The notes beneath the pieces are model-generated. The model was not told the DNA's origin. It saw only the letters and a program-made list of their open reading frames with translations, and made no database searches. The position numbers and the translations under genes were made by a program. Positions 20,548-31,414 of a DNA stretch of 64,000 nt are shown here, piece after piece. Positions within the stretch are counted from its first letter, which is position 1; every line of letters begins with the position of its first letter. This DNA comes from an uncultured Novosphingobium sp. GTDB lineage: Bacteria > Pseudomonadota > Alphaproteobacteria > Sphingomonadales > Sphingomonadaceae. The stretch lies in contig CAZUOV010000010.1 of the NCBI GenBank assembly GCA_964621355.1, forward strand, positions 4,364 to 68,363. Reading direction: 5' to 3'.

Positions 20548-21643
20548 GGTGCACGGCTTCCCAGGCCGCGCGCGCGCTCCACGTCTCGGCGGAGCCCTGC
20601 ACGGTGCAGCCGCGCTGCCCGGCCTCTATCGCCCCGATGACGAACGCCTCTTCGCCCGCCGCCGCCAGATCGGCCAGCAACGATTCGGCATCGTCCGCCG
20701 CCACGGCGAGCACCATGCCCACGCCGCAGTTGAACGTGCGCGCCATTTCGGCGGGCTCGATATTTCCCTGCGCCTGGAGGAAGGCCATCAGCCGGGGTTG
20801 CAGCCACGATCCGGCATCGACGCGGGCGTGCAGTCCTTCGGGCAGGACGCGGGGAATGTTTTCCAGCAGGCCGCCGCCGGTGATGTGGGCCAATGCGTGG
20901 ATGCGGCCGGAGCGAATCAGCGGCAGCAGGCTTTTCACATAGATGCGCGTCGGCGCGATCAGTGCGTCGATCAGCAGCGCGTCCTGATCGAACAGGGCGG
21001 GGCGGTCCAGCTTCCAGCCCTTGTCGGCCGCCAGCCTGCGCACCAGCGAATAGCCATTGGAGTGGACGCCGGAGGACGCCAGCCCGATCAGCACGTCGCC
21101 TTCGGCCACTTTGTCTCCGGTCAGTTGCTCGCCGCGCTCCACCGCCCCGACACAGAAACCGGCGAGATCATAGTCGCCCGGCGCATACATGCCGGGCATT
21201 TCCGCCGTTTCCCCGCCGATCAGCGCGCAGCCCGCGATACGGCAGCCATCGGCGATTCCCGCCACGACTCGCTCCGCGACGCCGTTGTCCAGCCTGCCGG
21301 TGGCGAAATAGTCGAGGAAAAACAGCGGCTCCGCGCCCTGGACGATCAGGTCGTTCACGCACATGGCGACAAGGTCTATCCCGATGGCGTCGTGCCGGTC
21401 ATGGTCAATGGCCAGCTTCAGCTTGGTGCCGACACCATCGTTCGCCGCCACCAGCAGCGGATCGGAATATCCCGCCGCGCGCGGATCGAAGAAACCGCCG
21501 AAGCCGCCCAGTTCCGCGTCCGCGCCGGGCCGCGCGGTCGCTTTCGCCAGCGGTCCGATCGCCTTGACCAGCGCGTTTCCGGCCGCGATGGAGACACCTG
21601 CCTGTTCGTAACTGTAGGACTTTTGCGTGCGATCGTCTGACAT
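20540..21643 (-). CDS. purM: Phosphoribosylformylglycinamidine cyclo-ligase
   Basis: [33 protein letters not shown]. Confidence 0.97.
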   Translation of the reverse strand: MSDDRTQKSYSYEQAGVSIAAGNALVKAIGPLAKATARPGADAELGGFGGFFDPRAAGYSDPLLVAANDGVGTKLKLAIDHDRHDAIGIDLVAMCVNDLIVQGAEPLFFLDYFATGRLDNGVAERVVAGIADGCRIAGCALIGGETAEMPGMYAPGDYDLAGFCVGAVERGEQLTGDKVAEGDVLIGLASSGVHSNGYSLVRRLAADKGWKLDRPALFDQDALLIDALIAPTRIYVKSLLPLIRSGRIHALAHITGGGLLENIPRVLPEGLHARVDAGSWLQPRLMAFLQAQGNIEPAEMARTFNCGVGMVLAVAADDAESLLADLAAAGEEAFVIGAIEAGQRGCTVQGSAETWSARAAWEAVHLA

Positions 21644-21714
21644 GATCCGGCGCCTATCCTTTTCCGGCTTGGATTTCCATGACCGTTTGGGCAAAAGGCA
21701 TCCGGTTTTCCCCG

Positions 21715-23013
21715 ATGACTGATGCAACTCCCTTCTCCACGCGGCTTCTGGAAGAGCGGCGCAAATGGCGGACCCGCCCGGCGGCGCGGCTTGCCGTCCT
21801 GCTGGGCGCCGCGCTTGCGCTGGCGCTTGCCGCCATCGGGCCCGCCCGCCTGATCGCGCAGATCGAGGGGGAGCGCGGCATCGCGCCGCTCGCCACGACG
21901 ACTGACATTCAGGTGGGCGGCATCGAAGTCGACGTTTCGGGCAAGAACGGCGATGACGCGCGTCTGCAAGGATGGAAGCTAGCCCAACGCAAGGCGTGGG
22001 AAAAGCTCGGCGGCGCGCAGATGAGCGACGGACAGATCGACGCCATGGTTTCCGCTGTCGTCATCGAGCACGAGCAGATCGGCCCGCGCCGCTATGTCGC
22101 GCGGCTCGGCGTGATCTTCGATCGCGCCAAGGCGGGGCAGTATATCGGGTCCGCGGGCGGTAGCCGGGCCGTGTCGCGCTCGGCGCCGATGCTGGTGATA
22201 CCGGTGCTCTATTCCGGCGGCACGGCGCAAGTGTTCGAGGTTCGCGGGCCGTGGCAGCGCGCCTGGGCGGGCTTCCAGGCGTCGGCCAGCCCCATCGACT
22301 ATGTGCGCGCATCCGGCGCGGGTGGCGATTCGCTGTTGCTGACCGCCGGGCAGCCCGGCCGCCGGAGCCGGTTGTGGTGGCGCACGATTCTCGATCAGTT
22401 CAACGCTTCCGACGTGCTGGTCTCCGATGCCCGGCTGGAACGGCAATGGCCGGGCGGGCCGGTGCGCGGCACGTTCACCGCGCGCTATGGGCCGGACAAT
22501 ACCTGGCTGGGCAGTTTCGCGCTGACGGCCAACGACGAGGCGGGCGTGCCGAAGATGCTCGATGACGCGGTTCGGCGGATGGACGGGCTGTTCAGCGATG
22601 CGCTGGCGCAGGGACTGTTGCGGCCCGATCCGACGCTGAATCTCGATCAGTCCGCTTTTGCCGCGGCTCTGGCGAAGATCCGCGCGGCAATCGGCCCCTT
22701 GCAGGAAGCCGCGCCCGGCGGACCTGCAGCCACGCCGACTCCGGCCGCCAGCGCTTCGCCCACGCCATCGGCGGCAGTGGCGGCTTATACCATCCAGTTC
22801 GCCTCGCCGGATGCGGCGGCCGTCGATGCCACGCTGTCCGCGGTGCGCGGCACGCCCGGCGTGCAAGGCGCGGCGACCACCAGCATCGCCATCGGGGGCA
22901 CGTCCGTCATGCGCGTGACTTATGCGGGCGATAGCAACGCACTCGCCGCCGCCCTGCGTGCGCGCGGCTTCCAGGTCGGCGGCAGCGGCAGCGTGCTGAC
23001 CATCCGGCGCTGA
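21715..23013 (+). CDS. Conserved exported hypothetical protein with C-terminal ferredoxin-like/HMA-like domain
   Basis: N-terminal hydrophobic segment, Pro/Ala linker, small C-domain; usual slot between purM and hdaA. Start uncertain. Confidence 0.7.
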   Translation: MTDATPFSTRLLEERRKWRTRPAARLAVLLGAALALALAAIGPARLIAQIEGERGIAPLATTTDIQVGGIEVDVSGKNGDDARLQGWKLAQRKAWEKLGGAQMSDGQIDAMVSAVVIEHEQIGPRRYVARLGVIFDRAKAGQYIGSAGGSRAVSRSAPMLVIPVLYSGGTAQVFEVRGPWQRAWAGFQASASPIDYVRASGAGGDSLLLTAGQPGRRSRLWWRTILDQFNASDVLVSDARLERQWPGGPVRGTFTARYGPDNTWLGSFALTANDEAGVPKMLDDAVRRMDGLFSDALAQGLLRPDPTLNLDQSAFAAALAKIRAAIGPLQEAAPGGPAATPTPAASASPTPSAAVAAYTIQFASPDAAAVDATLSAVRGTPGVQGAATTSIAIGGTSVMRVTYAGDSNALAAALRARGFQVGGSGSVLTIRR

Positions 23014-23032
23014 TCGCGGCAAGGTTCGGCCC

Positions 23033-23662
23033 ATGCGCCAGATCGCGCTTCCCCTGACGGCGGATTCGGAAAAAGGCGGCGCCCGGATCGTCACCGGCGC
23101 GGCCAACGCTCATGTGATCGACGCTTTCGCCAACACGGCCGCGTGGCCCTTCCGCACCGCGATCCTGTTCGGTCCGCCGCGTTCGGGAAAGTCCCTGCTC
23201 GCCCGGTGGTTCGCGGGCAGCGGGCTGGGCGAAGCGGTCGACGATGGCGAAGCGATGGACGAGACCGAACTGTTCCATCGCTGGAACCGCGCGCGGGAAG
23301 CGGGGCGGGCGCTGCTGATCGTCTGCAATCGCGATGAAACCGGCTGGCCGATTGCCTTGCCGGACCTCGCCTCTCGCATCGGAGCGGCGCTTCATCTGTC
23401 CATCGCCCCGCCCGATGATGCCATGATGGCGCAATTGATCGAGCTTCACGCCGAAAAACGCGGCCTCGTCCTCGATTCTTTCGCCACGTCCTATCTTGTC
23501 CCGCGCTGCGAGCGTAGCCACATGGCAGCCGAACGTCTGGTGGGGGCGATCGACCGGCTCAGCCTGGAACGAAAGCAGCCGCCGACGCTGGGAATCTGGC
23601 GCGACGCCTTGCGGGAAATCGCGGACGCCGCCGGCCGGACGGAGCAGCCGCGCTTGCTTTGA
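23033..23662 (+). CDS. hdaA: HdaA / DnaA regulatory inactivator
   Basis: N-terminal clamp-binding-like [26 protein letters not shown]. Confidence 0.85.
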   Translation: MRQIALPLTADSEKGGARIVTGAANAHVIDAFANTAAWPFRTAILFGPPRSGKSLLARWFAGSGLGEAVDDGEAMDETELFHRWNRAREAGRALLIVCNRDETGWPIALPDLASRIGAALHLSIAPPDDAMMAQLIELHAEKRGLVLDSFATSYLVPRCERSHMAAERLVGAIDRLSLERKQPPTLGIWRDALREIADAAGRTEQPRLL

Positions 23663-23690
23663 GGCGCATTTTGAGGGAACACGGGGCAAG

Positions 23691-24410
23691 ATGTTTGCCA
23701 AGCTGACCGATTATCTGGATTCCATCGTCGCGCGCGATCCCGCGCCGCGCTCGCGCTGGGAAGTGCTGCTCTATCCCGGTCTCTGGGCCATGGCGTGGCA
23801 CCGCGTGGCGCATTGGCTGTTCGAGGCGCGGCTCTATTTCCTAGCCCGCGCCGTCAACCACCTGTCGCGCTTCCTGACGGGAATCGACATCCATCCGGGC
23901 GCCACCATCGGACGCCATCTGTTCATTGACCACGGCTTTACCGTGATCGGGGAAACCGCGCTGATCGGCGATAACGTCACGATCTATCAGTGCGTGACGC
24001 TGGGCGGCACCAATCCCGCGAATGGCGTGGGCGGCAAGCGCCATCCCACATTGGAGGACAATGTGATCGTCGGGTCCGGCGCGCAGATTCTCGGGCCGAT
24101 AATCGTGGGGCAGCGCGCGCGCATCGGCGCCAACGCGGTCGTTACGGACGATGTGCCAGAAGGCGCCACCATGGTGGGCGTCAAGGCGCGTTCCACGCTG
24201 GTCGCGGCGGAAACCTGGGCCAGGGACTTCATTCCCTACGGCACGCCCTGCAAGGAAGGCTGTAAGGATCAGACCGATCCGGCAAGCCAGCGGATCGCCG
24301 AACTGGAAGGCGAGATCGCGTTGTTGCGGGCACAGGTGCAGGAACTGGTGAGTGAGCGCCGCCCGACAAAGCCCGCCTCATCCCCGCCGCGCAAGCGCAC
24401 GCGAAGCTGA
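23691..24410 (+). CDS. cysE: Serine O-acetyltransferase
   Basis: [30 protein letters not shown] hexapeptide repeats. Confidence 0.93.
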   Translation: MFAKLTDYLDSIVARDPAPRSRWEVLLYPGLWAMAWHRVAHWLFEARLYFLARAVNHLSRFLTGIDIHPGATIGRHLFIDHGFTVIGETALIGDNVTIYQCVTLGGTNPANGVGGKRHPTLEDNVIVGSGAQILGPIIVGQRARIGANAVVTDDVPEGATMVGVKARSTLVAAETWARDFIPYGTPCKEGCKDQTDPASQRIAELEGEIALLRAQVQELVSERRPTKPASSPPRKRTRS

Positions 24411-24427
24411 ACGGAGGCTGACGGCGG

Positions 24428-24805
24428 ATGGGGGCAGGCACGAACGGGTCCGGCGCCACTGTCATCGCATTCCCGCAGGCCCAGCTAACGCATGCCCGGT
24501 CGTTGCAAATCGGCTTCGATCGGCTGGAACTTCAGCGCATCCTCGATCTCTATGGCCGCATGGTCGCCGCCGGGCAGTGGCGGGACTATGCGATGGACTT
24601 CGGACGAGACGCCGCGAACTTTTCCGCCTTCCGCCGTTCGTCCGAACGACCGCAGGCGCGCATCGAAAAACGCCCTTCGCTGCGGGGACGGCAGGGCATG
24701 TGGACGCTGTTCGGGGACGCGGGCCAGGTGCTCAAGCGCGGACATGAGCTTTCCGGCGTCCTGTTTCCGCTCGAACGCCGGTTGCTCAAGATCGTCGAGG
24801 AATAG
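24428..24805 (+). CDS. DUF2794 family protein
   Basis: FDRLEL..ILDLYGRMVAAGQWRDYA, LKRGHEL. Confidence 0.88.
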   Translation: MGAGTNGSGATVIAFPQAQLTHARSLQIGFDRLELQRILDLYGRMVAAGQWRDYAMDFGRDAANFSAFRRSSERPQARIEKRPSLRGRQGMWTLFGDAGQVLKRGHELSGVLFPLERRLLKIVEE

Positions 24806-24814
24806 CGCGCGCGG

Positions 24815-25729
24815 TCAGCTCTCGGCGCGCCCGGCCTTTTCCAGCATGGCGATGGCGTTGAATGCCTGTTCCAGACCGTTCTGCACCGGCGAGTCCCCCG
24901 TCCGGTCGCTGATCCGCTCCCACGCGGCGGCGACGCCTTCGGGCGTGCATTCGGCGTCGGGCAACAGCACGCCTTGGTTCATCGTTACCCAGATCGACTG
25001 GAAAATCCCGGCGCCTGCGCCCACGATGGCATTGCCGGGCGCATCGTCGCTGACGAGGAAAAGCGCCGCGGGCACGACATCCTTGGGATCGAAGGCGTGG
25101 AACGCCTGTTCGGGCAGGATGTCTTCGGTCATTCGCGTCGCGGCGGTGGGCGACAGCGCATTGACCCGGATATCGTGTTTCGCGCCTTCGAAATGCAGGG
25201 TCTTCATCAGGCCGACCAGCCCCATCTTGGCGGCGCTGTAGTTTGCCTGTCCGAAATTCCCGCCGAGGCCGGCCGACGATGTCGTCATCATCACACGGCC
25301 GTAATTCTGTTCGCGCATGATGTCCCACACCGCCTTGGTGGCAAAAGCGGAGCCGAGCAGATGCACGCGCAGGACCATTTCGAAATCGGCGGGTTCCATC
25401 TTCGCGAAGCTCTTGTCCCGAAGGATGCCCGCGTTGTTGATGAGGATGTGGACGCCGCCCCATGCCTCTTTCGCGCGGACGGCCATTACCACCATCTGTT
25501 CGTAATCCGCGACGTTGCCGCCGTTGGCCATGGCCTCGCCGCCCGCGCCGCGAATTTCGTCGACCACGGCGAGCGCCGCGTCCGAATGGCCGGTGCCGTC
25601 GCGCGAAGTGCCCAGATCGTTGACCACGACCCTGGCGCCCCGCCGCGCCAGTTCGAGCGCATAGGCTCTGCCAAGTCCGCCGCCCGCGCCGGTGACGATC
25701 GCAACCCTGTCCTTGAACGAAATGGCCAT
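24815..25729 (-). CDS. SDR oxidoreductase (MFE2-type 3-hydroxyacyl-CoA dehydrogenase-like)
   Basis: TGAGGGLG, VVVNDLG, NNAGILRD, GNFGQANYSAAK. Confidence 0.92.
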   Translation of the reverse strand: MAISFKDRVAIVTGAGGGLGRAYALELARRGARVVVNDLGTSRDGTGHSDAALAVVDEIRGAGGEAMANGGNVADYEQMVVMAVRAKEAWGGVHILINNAGILRDKSFAKMEPADFEMVLRVHLLGSAFATKAVWDIMREQNYGRVMMTTSSAGLGGNFGQANYSAAKMGLVGLMKTLHFEGAKHDIRVNALSPTAATRMTEDILPEQAFHAFDPKDVVPAALFLVSDDAPGNAIVGAGAGIFQSIWVTMNQGVLLPDAECTPEGVAAAWERISDRTGDSPVQNGLEQAFNAIAMLEKAGRAES

Positions 25730-25807
25730 CTTGCCGTCCGCCTCTTTTCCGAAATTCCAGCCAGGCGGGACTGACACGGGCGGATGGGCATGGCAACCAC
25801 GCAAAAA

Positions 25808-25836
25808 ATGTCAATCAACCGTCATAAATATGACGT
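25808..25836 (+). promoter_or_regulatory. PHO box (PhoB site)
   Basis: ATGTCAA-tcaa-CCGTCAT-aaat-ATGACGT, 11-bp periodicity matching CTGTCAT-N4, upstream of a phosphate porin. Confidence 0.7.
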
Positions 25837-25885
25837 AGGGGCGTCATCGAATTGCCAGTCAGCACGTTCAGGGAGCTTTTTCGCC

Positions 25886-27244
25886 GTGGCCAGACCGATC
25901 CGCACGTCCGCTTTCGCACTTGCCCTGGCGGCTGGCTGCTCGGCGCTGCCCGTCCATGCGCAGGACACAGATCGGGCGTCAATCCAGCAGGAACTGGCCG
26001 CCATGCGCGCCCAGATGGCGCGAATGGCCGAGAGGATCGATTCGCTCGAAACGCAACTGGCCGATGCACAGGCGCGGGCCGACGCAGCGGGGAACGCGGC
26101 CGCGGCGGAGCCGGAAACGCGGATCAAATGGGACGGCGCGCCGAAACTGGCCACGAAAGAGGGCTGGTCGTTCAAACCGCGCGGACGGCTGCAATTCGAT
26201 GCCGCCGGTGTCGATACGCCGGACGGGATCGCGGCCCGGAAGCAATTGGGCTTCGGCACGGAAATCCGGCGCGCCTACATCGGTTTCGACGGCACCATGC
26301 CCGGCGGGTTCGGCTATCGGCTGGAAGCCGATTTCGCCGACAACGAGGTGGAGGTTACCGACCTTTATCTGACCTATGCCGCCAGCAAGCAAATCACTGT
26401 CACGATCGGCCAGCACAAGCCGTTCTGGGGCATGGAAGATGCGACTTCCGACCTGTTCCTGAGTTTTCAGGAGCGCGCGGCGTTCAACGGCGCGTTCGGC
26501 TTTGAGCGCCGAATGGGCGTGAGCGGCGCGTGGCAGGCCAAGGCATTGCTGGTGCAGGCGGGCGTGTTCACGGACGATGTCGCCGATCTCGGCAGCGACC
26601 GGAACAACAGCTATGGTTTCGATGGCCGTATCGTCTTCATGCCGAAACTGGGCAAAGGCCAGCTTCACGTCGGCGGGTCCGCCCACTTCCGGGACTTCAA
26701 CGATCATACGACCGGGACGCGTTACCGCGCCCGGCCTTTCGTGCATACCACCGATCTGCGGCTGGTCGACACGGGCACGTTCAGCGCAACCGGCGAACGC
26801 AACTATGGCGTGGAACTCGCCTATATCCGGGGCCGTTTTCACGCATCCGCCGAAAGCCATTGGCTGACGGCGCGGCGCCCCGGACTGGCAGACCCCACGT
26901 TCAACGGCGGCTATGTCGAAGCGGGCTATCTGCTGACGGATGACGTGACGGCATACAAAAACGGCGGCTACGATCGTATCCGGCCGAAGAAGCCGGTCGG
27001 TGCGGGCGGGATCGGCGCGGTGCAGGTCAATGTCCGCTATGACTGGCTAGACCTTTCGGATGCCGGTGTCGTCGGCGGACGCCAGCGGTTGGCGGGTGTT
27101 TCCGTGGTGTGGATGCCGACCGATTATGTCCGCTTCCTCGCGAACTATGGCCACCTGTGGCTGCGCGGCGCGGCGGTGTCCGCGGGCGCGGATCGCGATT
27201 ATTCGGCCGATGCCTTCGGAATGCGCGCCCAGTTCGATTTCTGA
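25886..27244 (+). CDS. OprO/OprP family phosphate-selective porin
   Basis: Signal peptide, coiled coil, RGRLQFD, RRAYIG, IGQHK, YRARP, terminal Phe (QFDF). Confidence 0.88.
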   Translation: MARPIRTSAFALALAAGCSALPVHAQDTDRASIQQELAAMRAQMARMAERIDSLETQLADAQARADAAGNAAAAEPETRIKWDGAPKLATKEGWSFKPRGRLQFDAAGVDTPDGIAARKQLGFGTEIRRAYIGFDGTMPGGFGYRLEADFADNEVEVTDLYLTYAASKQITVTIGQHKPFWGMEDATSDLFLSFQERAAFNGAFGFERRMGVSGAWQAKALLVQAGVFTDDVADLGSDRNNSYGFDGRIVFMPKLGKGQLHVGGSAHFRDFNDHTTGTRYRARPFVHTTDLRLVDTGTFSATGERNYGVELAYIRGRFHASAESHWLTARRPGLADPTFNGGYVEAGYLLTDDVTAYKNGGYDRIRPKKPVGAGGIGAVQVNVRYDWLDLSDAGVVGGRQRLAGVSVVWMPTDYVRFLANYGHLWLRGAAVSAGADRDYSADAFGMRAQFDF

Positions 27245-27353
27245 GGGGGCGATTTCCGAAGGGGCGGTGTCATCAAGCAAAGCCTTGCCCCCGGCGCGGG
27301 CAACGGCCATAGGCTCGCAGCCGAATCCCCCGCACATGCGCGAAAGGTCGGCC

Positions 27354-27590
27354 ATGAAAGTCCGCGTCTATGTCAGCCTCAAGCCCGGCGTTCTCGATCC
27401 GCAGGGGCGCGCCATCCACCATGCGCTGGAAGGGCTGGGGTTCGCGGGCGTCAACGACGTGCGCGCGGGCAAGCTGATCGAGCTTGATGTGGACGACGGC
27501 GTGACGGACGCGGCGCTGGACGAAATGTGCCGCAAGCTGCTCGCCAACATGGTGGTGGAGAATTTCCGTATCGAGCGGGTTGCCGCCTGA
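27354..27590 (+). CDS. purS: FGAM synthase subunit PurS
   Basis: [21 protein letters not shown]. Confidence 0.95.
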   Translation: MKVRVYVSLKPGVLDPQGRAIHHALEGLGFAGVNDVRAGKLIELDVDDGVTDAALDEMCRKLLANMVVENFRIERVAA

Positions 27591-27600
27591 AAGGCCCAAG

Positions 27601-28281
27601 ATGAGCGAGTTTCGTTCCGCTGTCGTCACGTTTCCCGGATCGAACTGCGATCGCGATATGGCGGTCGCGCTGGAGAAGGTTTCGGGGCAGGCGCCGTTCC
27701 GTGTCTGGCACGGTGATGCCGAACTGCCCGAACGGCTCGATTTCATAGCCTTGCCGGGCGGGTTCTCCTATGGCGACTATCTGCGCTCCGGCGCCATGGC
27801 CGCGCGTTCGCCGATCATGCGCGCGGTGGCGCAAGCCGCGACGCGGGGCGTTCCGGTGCTGGGCGTGTGCAACGGCTTCCAGGTCTTGACCGAAGCCGGA
27901 TTGCTGCCCGGCGCGCTGATGCGCAATTCGGGTATCCGCTTCGTATGCCGCGATATTGCGCTGACCGTGGAGAACACGCAATCGCTGTTCACTTCCGGCT
28001 ATGAGGCGGGGCAGCGCATTCTCGTTCCCGTCGCGCATCACGACGGCAACTATTCGGCCGACGATGCCACGCTGGATCGGCTCGAAGGGGAAGGGCGCGT
28101 CGCGTTCCGTTATGCCGAGCCCGTGAACGGTTCCGCGCGCGGCATCGCCGGCATCCTCAACGATGCGGGCAACGTGCTGGGCATGATGCCGCATCCCGAG
28201 CGCATGATCGAGCCGGCGCAGGGCGGCACCGATGGCCGCACCCTGTTCGAAAGCGCCGTGCGGGGCCTCGTTCGCGCCTGA
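27601..28281 (+). CDS. purQ: FGAM synthase glutaminase subunit
   Basis: [32 protein letters not shown]. Confidence 0.97.
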   Translation: MSEFRSAVVTFPGSNCDRDMAVALEKVSGQAPFRVWHGDAELPERLDFIALPGGFSYGDYLRSGAMAARSPIMRAVAQAATRGVPVLGVCNGFQVLTEAGLLPGALMRNSGIRFVCRDIALTVENTQSLFTSGYEAGQRILVPVAHHDGNYSADDATLDRLEGEGRVAFRYAEPVNGSARGIAGILNDAGNVLGMMPHPERMIEPAQGGTDGRTLFESAVRGLVRA

Positions 28282-28315
28282 TCGCGCGTCAGCCTGTCAC
28301 GGCCGCATCCTTCCG

Positions 28316-30679
28316 TCAGGCGGCGGCGGGGCCTTGCTTGCGGTCGCGTGACAGGAACAGTTGCAGGGTATCGTCGGCGGCCATCGGGCGGCCATAGTAA
28401 TAGCCTTGGATTTTCCGGCAGCCGAGCTGCTGCACGGCCGCCAGTTCGGCCGCCGTCTCCACGCCTTCCGCCGTCGTCGACATATCGAGGCTGTCCGCCA
28501 TGGCGACCACGGCGCGGATGATCGCAAGGCTTTCCGGGTTGCCGGTGGCCGCGCCCTGCACGAAGCTGCGATCCACCTTGATATTGGAGAAGCGCAGCCG
28601 GCGCAGATAGCCCAGCGACGAATATCCCGTGCCGAAATCGTCGAGCGCGACATGGCAGCCCAGCGCCATGACCTTTTCCAGCGTCGCGCGCGCTAGATTG
28701 TCGTCGCGCACGAAGATGCTTTCCGTCACTTCCAGTTCGAGGCGCTGGGGTGCGAGGCCGCTCAGCGACAGCGCGCCGACCACTGTCGCCGCGAAGTTCG
28801 AATCGAGCAGTTGCTCGCCCGAGACATTGACGGCGACCCGGATGTGCGGGGGCCAGCGCATCGCTTCCCGGCAGGCTTCCCGCAGCACCCATTCGCCGAT
28901 CGGCACGATAAGGCGCGTGTCTTCGGCAAGGGGAATGAATTTCGCCGGACTGACCAGCCCGTGCTGATCGTTGTGCCAGCGCAGCAGGGCCTCGAAGCTG
29001 ACGATGCTTTCGTTGTCCGCATCGACCACGGGCTGGAAATTCAACTGAAATTCGTTGCGTTCCAGCGCACGCCGGAGGGCGAATTCCAGCTTGCGGCGTT
29101 CCTCGGCATGGGCATGAAGGGCGGGCTCGTAGGTGAAGTGACTGCCGCCGCCGCCGTCCTTGGAGCGATAGAGCGCCAGGTCCGCGTTGCGCATCAGGGT
29201 TTCGACCGTGGAGCCGTCGCGCGGCCCCACGGCGGAACCGACGCTGGCACCCACAAAGAGCGTGTGATGATCTATTTCATAGGGTTGCGAAAGCCGGTCG
29301 ATCACGCGCTGGGCGACCTGTTCGACGCGGCGGCTGTCCGATGCATCGCGCACCACGACCGCGAATTCGTCGCCGCCCAGGCGGCCGCACAACTCGTTGT
29401 CGGTCATCTGTTCCTTGAGGCGTTCGGAAACGCAGGCGAGAAGTTGATCCCCCACCAGGTGTCCCAGCGTATCGTTCACGGCCTTGAAGCGGTCGAGGTC
29501 GATCATCAGGAACGCGCAGCGCGTGCGCCATTGTTCGGCATAGGCGAGGGCGTCGCCCAGCGCCTCAGTCAGCATCATGCGGTTCGGCAGGCCCGTCAGC
29601 GTATCGTAACGGGCCATGTAGGCGATCTTGTCGGAGCTTTCGCGCTGTTCGGTGACGTCGGAACCGACGCCGCGGAACCCCTCGAACACCCCCTTGTCGT
29701 CGATGCGCGGCGTGCCCGAAAGCTCCCACCAGCGATGACGTCCGGCAATCGTGACGCGCACCAGCAGGTTGGAAAAGCTTTCACGGCGCTTGAGGCGTTC
29801 GGCAAGGTCATGCAGGCTGGACGAGAACTGGCCGGTATCCCATGCCGGTCCGGCGATAAGCTGAATGAACGGCTTGCCCTCGATCTCCCGGGAATCGAGG
29901 CCAAGGGCATAGGCGAAACGCGGGGAAACGCCCTTGACCCGGCGTGACGTGTCGATTTCCCAGAGCCAGTCCGCCTCGTTCTCTTCGAATTCGCGCAGCA
30001 GCAGCGAGACGACTTCGTCCTTCTCCGTCATGGCGGCTTCCGCGATCTTCATCGCCAGATGCCGCCGCGCGTCGGCGATCGCACCCATGCAAACGGTGGC
30101 GACAAAGGCCAGCGAGGCCAGCACCATGATCCAGTTGCCGGAAAAGGCGAAGCTGACAGCGGCCCCCCCGCCGACAATACCGGTGAACATGATCGTCCCG
30201 AGCGGCACCGACGGCAGGACAATGGCGGAAATAGCCATCACCATGGCAATCACCGTCCACAGTTCGAAGCGTTTTTCCAAACCGCCATACAGACTGAAGA
30301 CCGCCAGCGGCACGACCCAGACCAGCGCGAGTATGATCGCGCTGCCGGTCTGGGCGTTGACTTCCTCACGCGTGATACTGCGCGAGTCGGCGTCTATCAG
30401 CGACGAATCGACATGACTGGCATAGAAAAGCGAAGCCGCGAGCGCCACCAGCCAGGCGATTACCGGCACCAATCCCACCGAGTCCTTAAAAAGCACGCCG
30501 ATTACCAGCGCGGCAAGTCCATGCGTCAGGCTTCGCGCCCGGTTCGATCGCGCGAGGCTGGCGTATTGCAGGCCGCGCAGCCGTGCCCAGTCGCCATCGG
30601 CATGCTCGGTCAGGCCGAGCACCGTCAGGACCGGAAGCTCGGTCTGGATATCGCCGGGGACTGGCTGATCGTTCTTCAC
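28316..30679 (-). CDS. Membrane-bound PAS-GGDEF-EAL diguanylate cyclase/phosphodiesterase
   Basis: Several N-terminal TM helices, PAS (WLWEID), RLGGDEF, FEALLRW, DDFGTGYSSL. Confidence 0.95.
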   Translation of the reverse strand: MKNDQPVPGDIQTELPVLTVLGLTEHADGDWARLRGLQYASLARSNRARSLTHGLAALVIGVLFKDSVGLVPVIAWLVALAASLFYASHVDSSLIDADSRSITREEVNAQTGSAIILALVWVVPLAVFSLYGGLEKRFELWTVIAMVMAISAIVLPSVPLGTIMFTGIVGGGAAVSFAFSGNWIMVLASLAFVATVCMGAIADARRHLAMKIAEAAMTEKDEVVSLLLREFEENEADWLWEIDTSRRVKGVSPRFAYALGLDSREIEGKPFIQLIAGPAWDTGQFSSSLHDLAERLKRRESFSNLLVRVTIAGRHRWWELSGTPRIDDKGVFEGFRGVGSDVTEQRESSDKIAYMARYDTLTGLPNRMMLTEALGDALAYAEQWRTRCAFLMIDLDRFKAVNDTLGHLVGDQLLACVSERLKEQMTDNELCGRLGGDEFAVVVRDASDSRRVEQVAQRVIDRLSQPYEIDHHTLFVGASVGSAVGPRDGSTVETLMRNADLALYRSKDGGGGSHFTYEPALHAHAEERRKLEFALRRALERNEFQLNFQPVVDADNESIVSFEALLRWHNDQHGLVSPAKFIPLAEDTRLIVPIGEWVLREACREAMRWPPHIRVAVNVSGEQLLDSNFAATVVGALSLSGLAPQRLELEVTESIFVRDDNLARATLEKVMALGCHVALDDFGTGYSSLGYLRRLRFSNIKVDRSFVQGAATGNPESLAIIRAVVAMADSLDMSTTAEGVETAAELAAVQQLGCRKIQGYYYGRPMAADDTLQLFLSRDRKQGPAAA

Positions 30680-30784
30680 GCCGGTGCTATAGGGAGGAAA
30701 GAGTTATCGCCGGGTAAAACCCCCGGCTGGCAATTGCGCGCCGGTCGACTTTTTTCGGCGCCGGAGGCAAGACGGCGGATAATT

Positions 30785-31414
30785 ATGGAGCAACCGCGAA
30801 AACCCCTGCGCATCGCCGTTTCCGGCTATGTCGGAACCGGCAAGACCACCTTCTGCGAAGCGCTGGCCGGGTCGCTTGACGCACCGATGATCGCGGAAGG
30901 CATGGACGGATTGCTGGCGGCGGAAAACGCCTATCATGCGGCGGTGCGCGTGCCTTCGCCCGACCGGCCTGCCGTGGCGGCCGCGCGGGAACGGCTGCTC
31001 GGCGCCTTTGCCGAGTGGGCGAAACGGCGGGAAGCCCTTTGCGCGCGGGAAACATCTTTCGTGGCGGACCGCTGGGAAGCCGATCTGCTTGTCTGGTGGT
31101 TGACGCTGCTGGGCGGCAGCGGCATGGCCGTGGACCGGGAGACGATGACACTCCTGCGCGATCTCAGGGCCAGGGCTTCGCGGCTGACGCATGTTATCGT
31201 CATGCCGTTCCAGAAACCGTTTCCGGGCCAGCGCAACAGTGACGGAATGGTCCGCCGCGCCGATTTCACGACGCAGGCGCTCTATGAAGCGACGCTTGCC
31301 GGAGTCATCGCGTCCTTTGCCGGGATTCGCGCGATCCGGTTGCCCGCGGGCGCGGTGTCAGTCGAACAGCGGGTGGATCAGGCCCTGCGGGCGCTCGGCG
31401 TTATTCGACCGTGA
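30785..31414 (+). CDS. P-loop NTPase (NadR/Ttd14-like, NMP-kinase fold)
   Basis: RIAVSGYVGTGKTT Walker A, FVADRW; 3' end overlaps glmS by 14 nt. Confidence 0.7.
   Translation: MEQPRKPLRIAVSGYVGTGKTTFCEALAGSLDAPMIAEGMDGLLAAENAYHAAVRVPSPDRPAVAAARERLLGAFAEWAKRREALCARETSFVADRWEADLLVWWLTLLGGSGMAVDRETMTLLRDLRARASRLTHVIVMPFQKPFPGQRNSDGMVRRADFTTQALYEATLAGVIASFAGIRAIRLPAGAVSVEQRVDQALRALGVIRP

Noticed and set aside
27354..28281. purSQ without purL as a defective pathway
   Set aside because: pur genes are commonly dispersed in Alphaproteobacteria; purL probably lies elsewhere.
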